24,585 nucleotides of DNA. Source: Bdellovibrionota bacterium. GTDB lineage: Bacteria > Bdellovibrionota_C > UBA2361 > JBGSMV01. Where the stretch lies: positions 1 to 24,585 of the forward strand of contig JBGSMV010000067.1 in assembly GCA_041739995.1 (NCBI GenBank). Direction: 5' to 3'. The notes below the pieces were generated by a model. The model saw only the letters and a list, made by a program, of their open reading frames with translations. It did not search any database and was not told where the DNA came from. Below are positions 16,162 through 24,585 of the stretch, one piece after another. The position numbers were made by a program, and so were the translations under genes. Position 1 is the first letter of the stretch. Each line of letters begins with the position of its first letter.

Positions 16162-18024
16162 ATGGAAACAGGACCCTTTTCTCCCGGGGTGCAGCTCATT
16201 CTGATCATTGCGGTTGGAGCGGCATCCCAGCTCATCGCCTGGAGACTCAAGCTGCCCTCTATTCTCTTTCTTCTCATCGCCGGAGTGCTGTGTGGCCCAG
16301 TAGCGGGCGTACTCACCCCACACGAGATTTTTGGCCCTTCGCTCGAGCCGCTGGTCCAGCTCGCCGTCGCACTCATTTTGTTCGAAGGAGGACTGAGCTT
16401 AAAGCCGCGCGACCGTTCGAGTGCGGGCTCGGTAGCACTCTCGCTGATCACAGTGGGCGCTCTGCTTAACCTAGTTTGTTTGACTGCACTGGCGTATGTC
16501 TTTCTGCCGCTTTCGTTGCCACTTGCGGCGCTGCTGGCAGCTATTCTGGTGGTCACGGGGCCTACGGTGGTCATTCCGTTGCTCCGCACTCTGCGAATTC
16601 GCTCCCCGGTACGCCCCATCCTGCATTGGGAAGGAATTCTGATTGACCCGATCGGCGTTCTTCTTGCCATCTTGATTGCCGAGATCTGCGCCGGCCAAGC
16701 ACAGTCAATTGCTCCAATCCACATGTTGCTTGGAATCGGGATTAGTTTGACCGCTGGTGTGGTGCTCGGCCTATTAGCTGCAAAGTTAGTAACGAGGTTA
16801 ATAGGGGCACACATTCTTCCCGACTACTTACATATCCCTTTCACTATTGCAGTTATATTCGTCACCGTCCTGCTCTCGGACACCATCCATCATGAATCAG
16901 GCCTTGTTGCAGTGACGGTAATGGGCATGTCGCTCGCACGCTGTCGCGAGGCTTGGATTCATTCGATCGAGGAATTCGTCGGACATCTTCAGAGCATTTT
17001 CATAGCAATTCTGTTCGTGGTGCTCTCCGCTGGCTTAAAACCAGAGTACCTTTCTTTCGTGAATCTTGGATTTCCGGTGTTCTTGCTTGGAATGATATTC
17101 ATCGCGCGGCCACTGTCGGTAATGATTGCAACAGTTCGCAGCGATCTTTCACTCAAGCATCGCTTGGCAATTTCTTCGATTGCCCCACGAGGAATTGTGA
17201 GTGCATCTCTCGCATCATCGCTTGGGTTGAGTCTTGCCAGAAACGGTGTCGAGGGTGCTGAAGCGCTTACACCCTATGCTTTCCTCTCCATTATTTTTAC
17301 CGTGATTGTGTATAGCTTCGGCGGGCGTTGGGCTTGTCGCAAGCTGGGCGTGAGTGAGGCCGCACGCGAAGGCGCGTTGTTCGTAGGTGGCACCCCATTT
17401 GCTCGGCATTTTGCGAGTTCGTTGAGAAATCATGGCTTTCAGGTCGCCGTGGTCGATACGAATTACGAGAATATTCGACTCATGGAGCGTGAAGAGCTGA
17501 CCTGTTACTCGGGAAGCATTCTTTCAGAAGGGCTGAAGGATCGTCTTAATCTAGAAGGCATTGGAAAATTACTGGCCCTGACGGCCAATGATGAAGCGAA
17601 CTCGCTGGCCGTGCTGGAATTTCGCTCTGAGTTTGGCGCCGCCTGGGTGTATCAGTTTGCCGGGGCTTCGCAGGCGGATGAGCGCGCCGAGAGCCGACTG
17701 GAAGGGCGTGTGCTTTGCGATGCCGAGTTCTCATGGCCGCGAGTCGAGGAGCTTTGGCGTAAGGGATATCGCATCGATGTGCTCCCGGCGGCAGAAGTAC
17801 TCTCGCGGACATCTTCTGAAAATGATCACGAGCGTGCCGTGGTGCTCGGAACTATTGAAAGCTCAGGTGCCTTACGTCTGCGTGTGGCGGGAGAAGATAA
17901 ATCCATCTCTGAAGAAGCGCGCGTGCTTGTCTTTGCGCCGCCGCATGGTCGATGGTACATAACTCCCCCCGCAGCGCCCAGTAAGGGGATCGCTAAGGTA
18001 TTAGAAAAAGCAGGTGGTGCCTAA
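16162..18024 (+). CDS. Cation:proton antiporter (CPA1/NhaP type) with C-terminal TrkA-N/RCK-like domain
   Basis: LILFEGGL, VTGPTVV, WEGILIDPIG, ESGLVAV, APRGIVSAS; soluble tail with FVGG...VAVVDTN...LALTANDEAN; AGGAG SD. Confidence 0.92.
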   Translation: METGPFSPGVQLILIIAVGAASQLIAWRLKLPSILFLLIAGVLCGPVAGVLTPHEIFGPSLEPLVQLAVALILFEGGLSLKPRDRSSAGSVALSLITVGALLNLVCLTALAYVFLPLSLPLAALLAAILVVTGPTVVIPLLRTLRIRSPVRPILHWEGILIDPIGVLLAILIAEICAGQAQSIAPIHMLLGIGISLTAGVVLGLLAAKLVTRLIGAHILPDYLHIPFTIAVIFVTVLLSDTIHHESGLVAVTVMGMSLARCREAWIHSIEEFVGHLQSIFIAILFVVLSAGLKPEYLSFVNLGFPVFLLGMIFIARPLSVMIATVRSDLSLKHRLAISSIAPRGIVSASLASSLGLSLARNGVEGAEALTPYAFLSIIFTVIVYSFGGRWACRKLGVSEAAREGALFVGGTPFARHFASSLRNHGFQVAVVDTNYENIRLMEREELTCYSGSILSEGLKDRLNLEGIGKLLALTANDEANSLAVLEFRSEFGAAWVYQFAGASQADERAESRLEGRVLCDAEFSWPRVEELWRKGYRIDVLPAAEVLSRTSSENDHERAVVLGTIESSGALRLRVAGEDKSISEEARVLVFAPPHGRWYITPPAAPSKGIAKVLEKAGGA

Positions 18025-18029
18025 ATTCT

Positions 18030-19085
18030 GTGCCAAAGAAAACAGTTAAGAAAAAGTCGGTGAGTCGTAAGGTTGTTAACGATCAGTTGGTCGATTCCTT
18101 GCTCGCTGGAGATCGCGGTGCGCTCGCCCGTGTAATTACCTTTCTTGAGAGTAAGCGCGAAGCGGATCGCCCCGAGCAGCTTCGTGTGCTCGAAGCATTG
18201 CTGGAACATAAGAAATCTTCTCTTCGCATCGGAGTCACGGGCGTTCCGGGAGCCGGAAAGAGCACTCTGATTGACTCGCTTGGGGAAAAATTCATAGGCG
18301 CTGGCAGCAAGGTCGCTGTTTTGGCAGTAGATCCTTCGAGTAGTGTTTCAGGAGGCAGCATCTTAGGCGACAAGACCCGAATGGAACGCCTCTCCCGGGA
18401 GAAAGATGCTTTTGTACGCCCGTCGCCTTCAGCGGGGTTTCTTGGAGGGGTCAGTGTCGCCACCCGGGAAGCCTCGATTGCAGCAGAGGCTGCTGGTTAT
18501 GACGTGGTCATCGTTGAGACCGTTGGGGTAGGGCAAAGTGAAATCGCGGTACGCGGTCTGGTCGATGTGGTGGTGTTGCTCACGCTTACTGGTGGGGGAG
18601 ACGAGCTCCAAGGCATGAAGCGTGGATTACTAGAATTGGCGGATGTAGTGGTGGTGCATAAGGCTGACGGCGAGAATCTCCCGCGTGCTGAAGGGCTTGT
18701 GCATGAACTGCGACAGGCCTATCGCGCATTTTCCCCATATCTTCCGGGCTGGAAAGTTCCTGTCCTCGCGGTGTCTGCGATGGAAGGTATGGGCGTCGGT
18801 GCTCTTGTTGATAATGTACGAGCTTGTCTTGAGCACGCGAGTGTCGGAGGTGTACTTGAGCGCACTCGGAGAGCGCAGGACGCGATTTGGTTTGAGGGCA
18901 GAGTATTGCAAGGATTGAAATCTCGTGCCTTTGGCGGGCATATGCGCGAAAAGTATGAGAGCATTCGTGAGGAAGTTGCTCGTGGCGCATGTTCGGTGCC
19001 GAAGGGCGTGAGAGAGGCCATGAAAGCGCTATCCTCTAAAAAGATGGCACCGTTAAAGGGAAGAGCCTCTAAGAGAAAGAGCTGA
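18030..19085 (+). CDS. meaB: Methylmalonyl-CoA mutase-associated GTPase MeaB/ArgK
   Basis: GVTGVPGAGKST, AVDPSS..SGGSILGDKTRM, ETVGVGQSE, GDELQGMKRG, HKAD. Confidence 0.96.
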   Translation: MPKKTVKKKSVSRKVVNDQLVDSLLAGDRGALARVITFLESKREADRPEQLRVLEALLEHKKSSLRIGVTGVPGAGKSTLIDSLGEKFIGAGSKVAVLAVDPSSSVSGGSILGDKTRMERLSREKDAFVRPSPSAGFLGGVSVATREASIAAEAAGYDVVIVETVGVGQSEIAVRGLVDVVVLLTLTGGGDELQGMKRGLLELADVVVVHKADGENLPRAEGLVHELRQAYRAFSPYLPGWKVPVLAVSAMEGMGVGALVDNVRACLEHASVGGVLERTRRAQDAIWFEGRVLQGLKSRAFGGHMREKYESIREEVARGACSVPKGVREAMKALSSKKMAPLKGRASKRKS

Positions 19086-19116
19086 TGGCTTCTAGGAAAT
19101 AAAGAAGAGGGCGTTT

Positions 19117-19521
19117 ATGTTGCAAAAAATAGACCACATTGCCATCGCCGTTCGCTCCATTGATGAAGCACTTCGATATTATGAGCAAGCGCTAGGCCTC
19201 ACATGTGAGAAGCGCGAGGATGTTCCCTCACAGAAGGTAAGAACGGCATTTTTAAGAGTCGGTGAAATCTATCTCGAATTGCTTGAGCCCATGTCTCTTG
19301 ATGGCACAGTGCAAAAGTTTCTTGATAAGCATGGACCGGGCATCCACCACATTTCTTTTGCGACTGATGATGTCGCAAAACAGCTCTCCCAGGCCAAGCA
19401 GGCGGGATGTCAGCTCATTCATGACCAGCCCTTTGACGGAGCAAACGGGAAATTAGTCGGCTTCCTCCACCCCACTTCAACTTTTGGGGTGCTTACTGAG
19501 TTCTGTCAGAAAAAGAACTGA
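19117..19521 (+). CDS. mce: Methylmalonyl-CoA epimerase
   Basis: VOC fold motifs IDHIAIAV, ELLEP, GPGIHHISF, GANGKLVGFLHP...GVLTE; GAGG SD; adjacent to meaB. Confidence 0.95.
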   Translation: MLQKIDHIAIAVRSIDEALRYYEQALGLTCEKREDVPSQKVRTAFLRVGEIYLELLEPMSLDGTVQKFLDKHGPGIHHISFATDDVAKQLSQAKQAGCQLIHDQPFDGANGKLVGFLHPTSTFGVLTEFCQKKN

Positions 19522-19542
19522 GCATCTTTGACGGTATGAATT

Positions 19543-19554
19543 GGGCTTCGGCCT
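19543..19554 (+). terminator. Short C(UUCG)G hairpin between convergent genes; possible terminator or stabiliser
   Basis: GGGC-TTCG-GCCT in the 39-nt gap; stem is short and the U-tract is poor. Confidence 0.25.
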
Positions 19555-19560
19555 CGATAT

Positions 19561-22500
19561 TTATTCACACGAGGAGACTATGCGCGGCACTGCATTCAGG
19601 TTCTCGCGCAAAGTAGCACGCACCATTTTTGCTCGTCTCAAGCGCTTCTTGTCCCGTCCAGTCAGCGAGCCGATCAGGCGCTTCAGTCTCTTCATGGTTT
19701 GCTCGGTGCTTGCAAGGAACTCATCTGCCTGAGCACCGTAGCGTTCAAGTACTGGCGCGTTGTCTTTTTGCACGCACAGTGCAGAGTTCGTGCAGCTAAC
19801 CACGGTCGGTGGAAGTTCTGCGTATAGCTCCAGTTGTATCTGGTTGTAGCGGAAGTCAATCTTTTTAAGTTCGCGCGGTACGAGTCGTCGCGTGATCTTG
19901 CGATTGATTGGAGCCGCTACTTTGCCTAGGTGTCTGAGTGAGCGCGCATTTAAGTCTCTCAAGGTAAAGAAGTCACGTGTCAACAGAGTCAGTAAGTCTG
20001 ACAAGTTGGTTTCGACACAGCCAAGGCAAGACGTGCCATCCCCGCCGCACACGCCGCAGCGATCGGGCCCTGCCATGCCGTTTGGCGTGCCGGTGCAATC
20101 AAGACAAGCATTTGTGCCGCCGCACACGCCGCATAGATCAATCGACTGCATTCCAAAGGGAGCGCCTGCACAATCCCGACATGAAGTGCCGTCACCGCCA
20201 CACACCCCGCAGATATCGACCGTGGCGCCGCCGTTTGGATTCATCAAGCAGTCCAGCGCGCAGGCACCGATATTCACAGACGTTGAGCTCTGATCCAGTA
20301 ACAGGCCATCGCTGACCTGAACGGTTACGGAACAGGACTGCGCTTGACCAAGGCCAGGTTGCAGTAGGGTCAGCACTGGTTGAGCCGCCTGCGGATTATT
20401 GAAGGAAGCTTGAGCACAGTTGGTTGACCAGTTGTAGCGCAGCGGGTTGCCGTCTGGATCTTGGGAAGCCAGGGCGGAGAGCTGTACATTGGTGAGCGAA
20501 CCCTGACAGATTCCGCTGTATGGTCCTCCAGCGTTCGCAGTGGGTGCGAGGTTTCCCGGAGCGCAGACCTCGGTCGCGAGAGTTGCGGTTGCGGTGACAC
20601 CATCAACAGTCCAGGCTAGGCTTGTTGGTTCAAGCGCGGTCTCGAATGCGCTGGCAATCATACCGTTTAGAAAGTGAGTCGTTTGGCCGCGATTCTCTGG
20701 AGCTGGCGAAAATCGATTGTTTGGTCCCACGGGGATAATCAGCGGACTGACAAATCCATTCGGGTTGGTGTATCCGAAGCGTGCAACAATTTGCCCGATA
20801 GAGTTGATGCTAATGCATTTTGCCTCTGGGGTGATGGGTAAGCAGCGTGGAGACTCGGAATTTGCGGTGACGCTGCGCAAACCCTTGCCCTGGTACTCGA
20901 CATTCCACGTCAGGTCAGTACCATCAAATTCCACACTGAAAGCACCGGGCTGTGAACCTGAAAGGAATTGCGTGACTTGGCCTTGCCCCAGTGTTCCTGG
21001 AGAGAAGAAGTTACGCGATACACCAACATCACCCACTGGGATGGTGACCTCGCCATTGTCGTTTGAGTATCCGAAGTAGGCTCGGAAGGCACCGTTACCA
21101 AGCTCGTAAACGCAGCCGAGACTTACTTCGATCGCTTGAGCAGGAATCGGCTCACACAAACCGTTGTTGAATTGGAATCCTGGACTACACGAGGCCTCGA
21201 ATGATCGAGAAGCGCTTTCGCCATACTGTAGGCTCAGTTGGTGTTGAGTTGGGGTGAAGCTGGTGTTCGCACGAGCAGCAGTTACTACATAGTCATTCGC
21301 CCCAAGTCCCGTGATTTGGAGTAAGCCCGCGGCATTTGTGAAACCTCTGGAGGACCCATTGGTGAAGACCTCCACATTCTGCATAGCCTCGCCCAAGCTC
21401 GAACTTGCTTGTACGGTGAGCGAACTTGAAGCAAGCAGCACAGTCGCCACGTTGCTGCATGGTGTCGCGTTGCTAAAAAGCCCATTTGCACCTGCCGCAC
21501 GTAGCGAGAATGAATGCGTGACATCGAGCGCTAACGGTGAAACCAAGAGGCTTGAGGTGGTAGAAGAGGAAGGTGCACCAGAACAGTCAGCGCTTCTAAA
21601 GACGTGATACTCGGTGGCGCCCGCCAGGGCTGTCCAACTTACCAAGGCTGAATTTTGTGGCTGAGCGGTTGCGGTGACTCCCGTCACTGCTGGCATAGCT
21701 CTAAATCCTTCGTCGAGAGAGCTACATGGTCCAGAGCCGCCAGCGTTAATCGCTTTGACTCGATACTGGTAACTGACGCCTGCGACGGTATTCGAATCTT
21801 GTAGCGAAAGTGTGCCTGCGTCGGTTGTTTGAAGTGGGGTGCCACTGCATGTCGCGTTGTCACGATAGATCTCGTAGCTGCTTGGCGCATCTCCGCTGCT
21901 GGGAGTGTCCCAGGTTACCTGCACCAAGCTGGTTGAAGTGCCGTCTGAGGCTGAAAGGTTGCTGACTACTCCAGGGGCAATGAGTGCGGCGAAGCCAGTG
22001 TCGTTGTTGCTGCATGGTCCAGGCGTTGATGCATTAAATGCTCGTGCAGAGTAGGTAGAGATAACGCCTCTTGTGGCCGAAAGATCTTCGAACGAACTGC
22101 CGTTCGAAGTCCCGATAGGGGTGCCTGTACAATCTGCCTGACGGAAGATTTGGTACTCGGTGACCGTTCCGCTGGCGAGGGTCCAAGTTACCAGCACCTT
22201 GTCGGTAAACGTTCCGTCGCTCGCTGATAATCCGAGGGGTGAGCCTGGAGCTTCGGGAATGAGCTCGATTTGAGTTGGAGCACTGCATGGGGTGCCGCTC
22301 GCGAGCTGGTTGTTCGCCCCGACTCCCTTAACAGAGTAAGTGTAGCTGCCGTATGCCAATCCAGAGAAAAGGTGCGAAGTGCCACTTACAATTTGGTTGG
22401 CGCTTCCGGAGCATGTTCCATTGGTCCAAAGATGGTAGAGGCTCGCGTGCGGTGTCGCACTCCAGCTTACAGAGATTGAAGATGTGGTAGGAGCGGTTGT

Positions 22501-24366
22501 GACTAGGCCCAAAGTCTGAGAAAGCGCTCGGTATCCGGCATCGGATGCGCTTTGGCCGCTAGTGCCGCCACTGTTGCTGGCGTTTACGCTGTACTGGTAC
22601 GTAACGCCTGGAGTCGCACTTGTATCGGAGAATGAGGACGCCCCGACATTGCCGACCTGATTTCCATCACGAAACACATTGTACGAAGAGGCTGCGGGAC
22701 CGCTCGGGGCGTTCCACGAGACCGACACAGACCCCGTTGAGTTTCCGTCGGTTGCGCTCACATTTGTTGGTGGATTCGGAGGTAGCAGAATCCCGGTGAA
22801 ATCAACATTGAGGGTGATTGAAAAAAGCGTTCCGCTTTGATTCGAAGGCGAGAAGGTAAATCCGCTCAGTGTCGGGATCAGTGAGTAGCTAGTTCCGTGG
22901 GCTACCGAAGCGTATTCGTAGTAGCCGCTGCTGTTTGTGGTGCGCGTGCCAAGGGCGCCACCAGAGATGCTCACGCTTGGGATCGGCGCCCCGGTGTTAT
23001 CTCGTATTGTGCCGCCGAGGCGGTAGGTGATGGCGACGCAACTACTTCCGTTGAACTGAAAGCCACTTGCGCATGAGGCGATGAAGTTAACGCCCGTGGC
23101 ACTTGTGCTTTGGATGAAGACTGGAACATTCGATGGAGTAATGCTCACCCCCGACTTCGATGCGGTGACAGTAAAGGATCCAGGAGCAAGGCCGCTAAAG
23201 GTATAGGCCCCGCTTGCGGCCGTGGTGGTCGACGCGCTACCGATTGAAACCGTCGCACCTTGAAGGCCGCCACCAATATCTTTTGTAACCGTACCGCTGA
23301 TCGAATACCCGGGTGGAGTAGCGGAAGCGCTGCTCGCGGTTGAACAGTCGGAGAGTGTTCCGTTTAGTCCTTCAGACCGGACGGCGTAGTAGTAGTTTAC
23401 GGTGGGGAGCAGTCCGGTGCTTGGGCCATCTTGAAATACTGGCGAGCTTCCTGGCACAGTGCCGACTTGTTGTCCGCTGGTGCAGACGCTGCTGCTTGAA
23501 CCGGCGCGTCGATACACACGGTAGCTCACTACGCCGTTGCTGGGTGCGCCACTTGCTGATGGGTGGTTCCAATTGACCGTAACGGCTATTGGTGCGGTGG
23601 CAGCTGCGGTAACGTTGGTCGGCGGCAGCATCTTTCGCCACCCACCACCGCCTTCCGTGAGGCAGGCGCTGTTGCCGCCACCGTTTGAGGCGACACGCTT
23701 AAGTGAATAGTAGTAGGTGACACCAGGAGTTGCCGATGAATCGTTGAGGGAGTTGGAAGTAAGTCCGCTCATCAGCGTGCTTCCGCCGCTTTCACAGCTG
23801 TGTGAGTTTGTTGCTCGATAGAGCGTGAACGTGGAAGGTGAGAAGTTGGTTACTGAAGACCAGGTTACCCCTACATTAGAAGTGTTCGTACCGTCGGTGG
23901 TGTTCAGTAGTGTCGGAGTTGGCGGTGGTGCTCGCCATCCGGTGACTCTCCTTAGGCCCGCCGGGCCCGTTTCTGGGCATATTTCGCTTCCGCCCGATGT
24001 TACCGAGTAACACAGCCAGTAAGAGTACATCTGAGAAGAAGAGATTTCCGTGTCCTGGTAGGTCGCGGCCTCATTGTAGGTTTGGTAAATTTGGGTCCAA
24101 CCGCTACAGCCCGGCTGATTGGGTCGGCAAGTGACAATTCCAGTAGCGCGGTGAAGAAAGTACTGAAAATAGTTTTGCGAATCATTCCAACTGATATTGA
24201 TCTTAGTTCCGAAGTGTCCGTCGCTTGCGCACAGACCGCCGCCGGTCACGCAACTCGCGTGTGCAGTACTTGGTATTGAGGAGTGAATCGACAGGAGCCC
24301 GAGTAGCAAGAGCGAACAATAAGCGACGCGCTTGGCGACTGTAGCCAGGAGAGAGATAACCCGCAT
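19561..24366 (-). CDS. Large secreted multidomain surface protein (~1600 aa): about 8 FN3-like domains, 3 carboxypeptidase-regulatory-like domains, 2 FGYxN domains, PKD-like domain, Cys-rich repeats, basic helical C-terminal domain
   Basis: Signal peptide MRVIS...STAHA; repeated [ST]DG...V.V.W...Y.[IV][FY]R...Y.Y.V.A.N; YSISGTV/YRLGGTI modules; APTANAGGPY...DPDGNPLRYNW; 3x DxCGVCGG; ATG 24366 follows AGGTAGG. Confidence 0.88.
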   Translation of the reverse strand: MRVISLLATVAKRVAYCSLLLLGLLSIHSSIPSTAHASCVTGGGLCASDGHFGTKINISWNDSQNYFQYFLHRATGIVTCRPNQPGCSGWTQIYQTYNEAATYQDTEISSSQMYSYWLCYSVTSGGSEICPETGPAGLRRVTGWRAPPPTPTLLNTTDGTNTSNVGVTWSSVTNFSPSTFTLYRATNSHSCESGGSTLMSGLTSNSLNDSSATPGVTYYYSLKRVASNGGGNSACLTEGGGGWRKMLPPTNVTAAATAPIAVTVNWNHPSASGAPSNGVVSYRVYRRAGSSSSVCTSGQQVGTVPGSSPVFQDGPSTGLLPTVNYYYAVRSEGLNGTLSDCSTASSASATPPGYSISGTVTKDIGGGLQGATVSIGSASTTTAASGAYTFSGLAPGSFTVTASKSGVSITPSNVPVFIQSTSATGVNFIASCASGFQFNGSSCVAITYRLGGTIRDNTGAPIPSVSISGGALGTRTTNSSGYYEYASVAHGTSYSLIPTLSGFTFSPSNQSGTLFSITLNVDFTGILLPPNPPTNVSATDGNSTGSVSVSWNAPSGPAASSYNVFRDGNQVGNVGASSFSDTSATPGVTYQYSVNASNSGGTSGQSASDAGYRALSQTLGLVTTAPTTSSISVSWSATPHASLYHLWTNGTCSGSANQIVSGTSHLFSGLAYGSYTYSVKGVGANNQLASGTPCSAPTQIELIPEAPGSPLGLSASDGTFTDKVLVTWTLASGTVTEYQIFRQADCTGTPIGTSNGSSFEDLSATRGVISTYSARAFNASTPGPCSNNDTGFAALIAPGVVSNLSASDGTSTSLVQVTWDTPSSGDAPSSYEIYRDNATCSGTPLQTTDAGTLSLQDSNTVAGVSYQYRVKAINAGGSGPCSSLDEGFRAMPAVTGVTATAQPQNSALVSWTALAGATEYHVFRSADCSGAPSSSTTSSLLVSPLALDVTHSFSLRAAGANGLFSNATPCSNVATVLLASSSLTVQASSSLGEAMQNVEVFTNGSSRGFTNAAGLLQITGLGANDYVVTAARANTSFTPTQHQLSLQYGESASRSFEASCSPGFQFNNGLCEPIPAQAIEVSLGCVYELGNGAFRAYFGYSNDNGEVTIPVGDVGVSRNFFSPGTLGQGQVTQFLSGSQPGAFSVEFDGTDLTWNVEYQGKGLRSVTANSESPRCLPITPEAKCISINSIGQIVARFGYTNPNGFVSPLIIPVGPNNRFSPAPENRGQTTHFLNGMIASAFETALEPTSLAWTVDGVTATATLATEVCAPGNLAPTANAGGPYSGICQGSLTNVQLSALASQDPDGNPLRYNWSTNCAQASFNNPQAAQPVLTLLQPGLGQAQSCSVTVQVSDGLLLDQSSTSVNIGACALDCLMNPNGGATVDICGVCGGDGTSCRDCAGAPFGMQSIDLCGVCGGTNACLDCTGTPNGMAGPDRCGVCGGDGTSCLGCVETNLSDLLTLLTRDFFTLRDLNARSLRHLGKVAAPINRKITRRLVPRELKKIDFRYNQIQLELYAELPPTVVSCTNSALCVQKDNAPVLERYGAQADEFLASTEQTMKRLKRLIGSLTGRDKKRLRRAKMVRATLRENLNAVPRIVSSCE

Positions 24367-24451
24367 ATGCAACCTACCTGAAGCCGAAGAACCAGCACCA
24401 AACAACCTATAGGGGTTATGGCTGGCCTCTCTGCGGTGTTACTTAGGCGAT

Positions 24452-24519
24452 AAGCCTCATAAAAAAGGTTACCAAAGAGAAGCTGTTTGAGTGGTTGAAG
24501 CCTCATAATTCCAGTTACC
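24452..24519. promoter_or_regulatory. Bipartite direct repeat AAGCCTCATAA-N5-GTTACC x2 upstream of the large secreted protein gene
   Basis: Copies at 24452-24473 and 24498-24519; 17 flanking positions identical, all 5 central positions differ. Confidence 0.55.
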
Positions 24520-24585
24520 GAACTTTTATAAGGTTCTGGAAATATGAGAGAAATAGTAGGTTTTGACGAGTTAAAGCACCGCTAC

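Noticed and set aside
16146..16814. 222-aa minus-strand ORF and other antisense ORFs within mutB, meaB, DUF1800 and the large secreted gene
   Set aside because: They overlap well-supported genes on the opposite strand or frame and show no independent motifs.

Overview
Bacterial chromosomal window of roughly 50-55% GC by eye. The gene content suggests a deltaproteobacteria-like or Bdellovibrionota-like organism, which is an inference only. From left to right: the 5' part of gatC (minus), soluble transhydrogenase sthA, a sensor-less degenerate histidine-kinase-like protein, a sigma-54 NtrC-family response regulator, and a high-GC orphan ORF (minus) with a ~207-nt multi-helix structured leader and downstream hairpins. 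These are followed by rhodanese, methylmalonyl-CoA mutase small and large subunits, a GT-C-type membrane glycosyltransferase, an orphan Phd/YefM-like antitoxin, a DUF1800-DUF1501 pair behind a near-consensus sigma-54 promoter, a CPA1 antiporter, meaB, mce, and a ~1600-aa secreted multidomain surface protein. The strongest novelty candidates are the structured-RNA-plus-orphan cassette at ~4300-5340, the ChpT-like pseudo-kinase/NtrC pair with its possible sigma-54 target (the DUF1800-DUF1501 operon), and the basic, internally duplicated C-terminal domain of the large secreted protein. All family calls come from motif recognition by eye; no database search was run.
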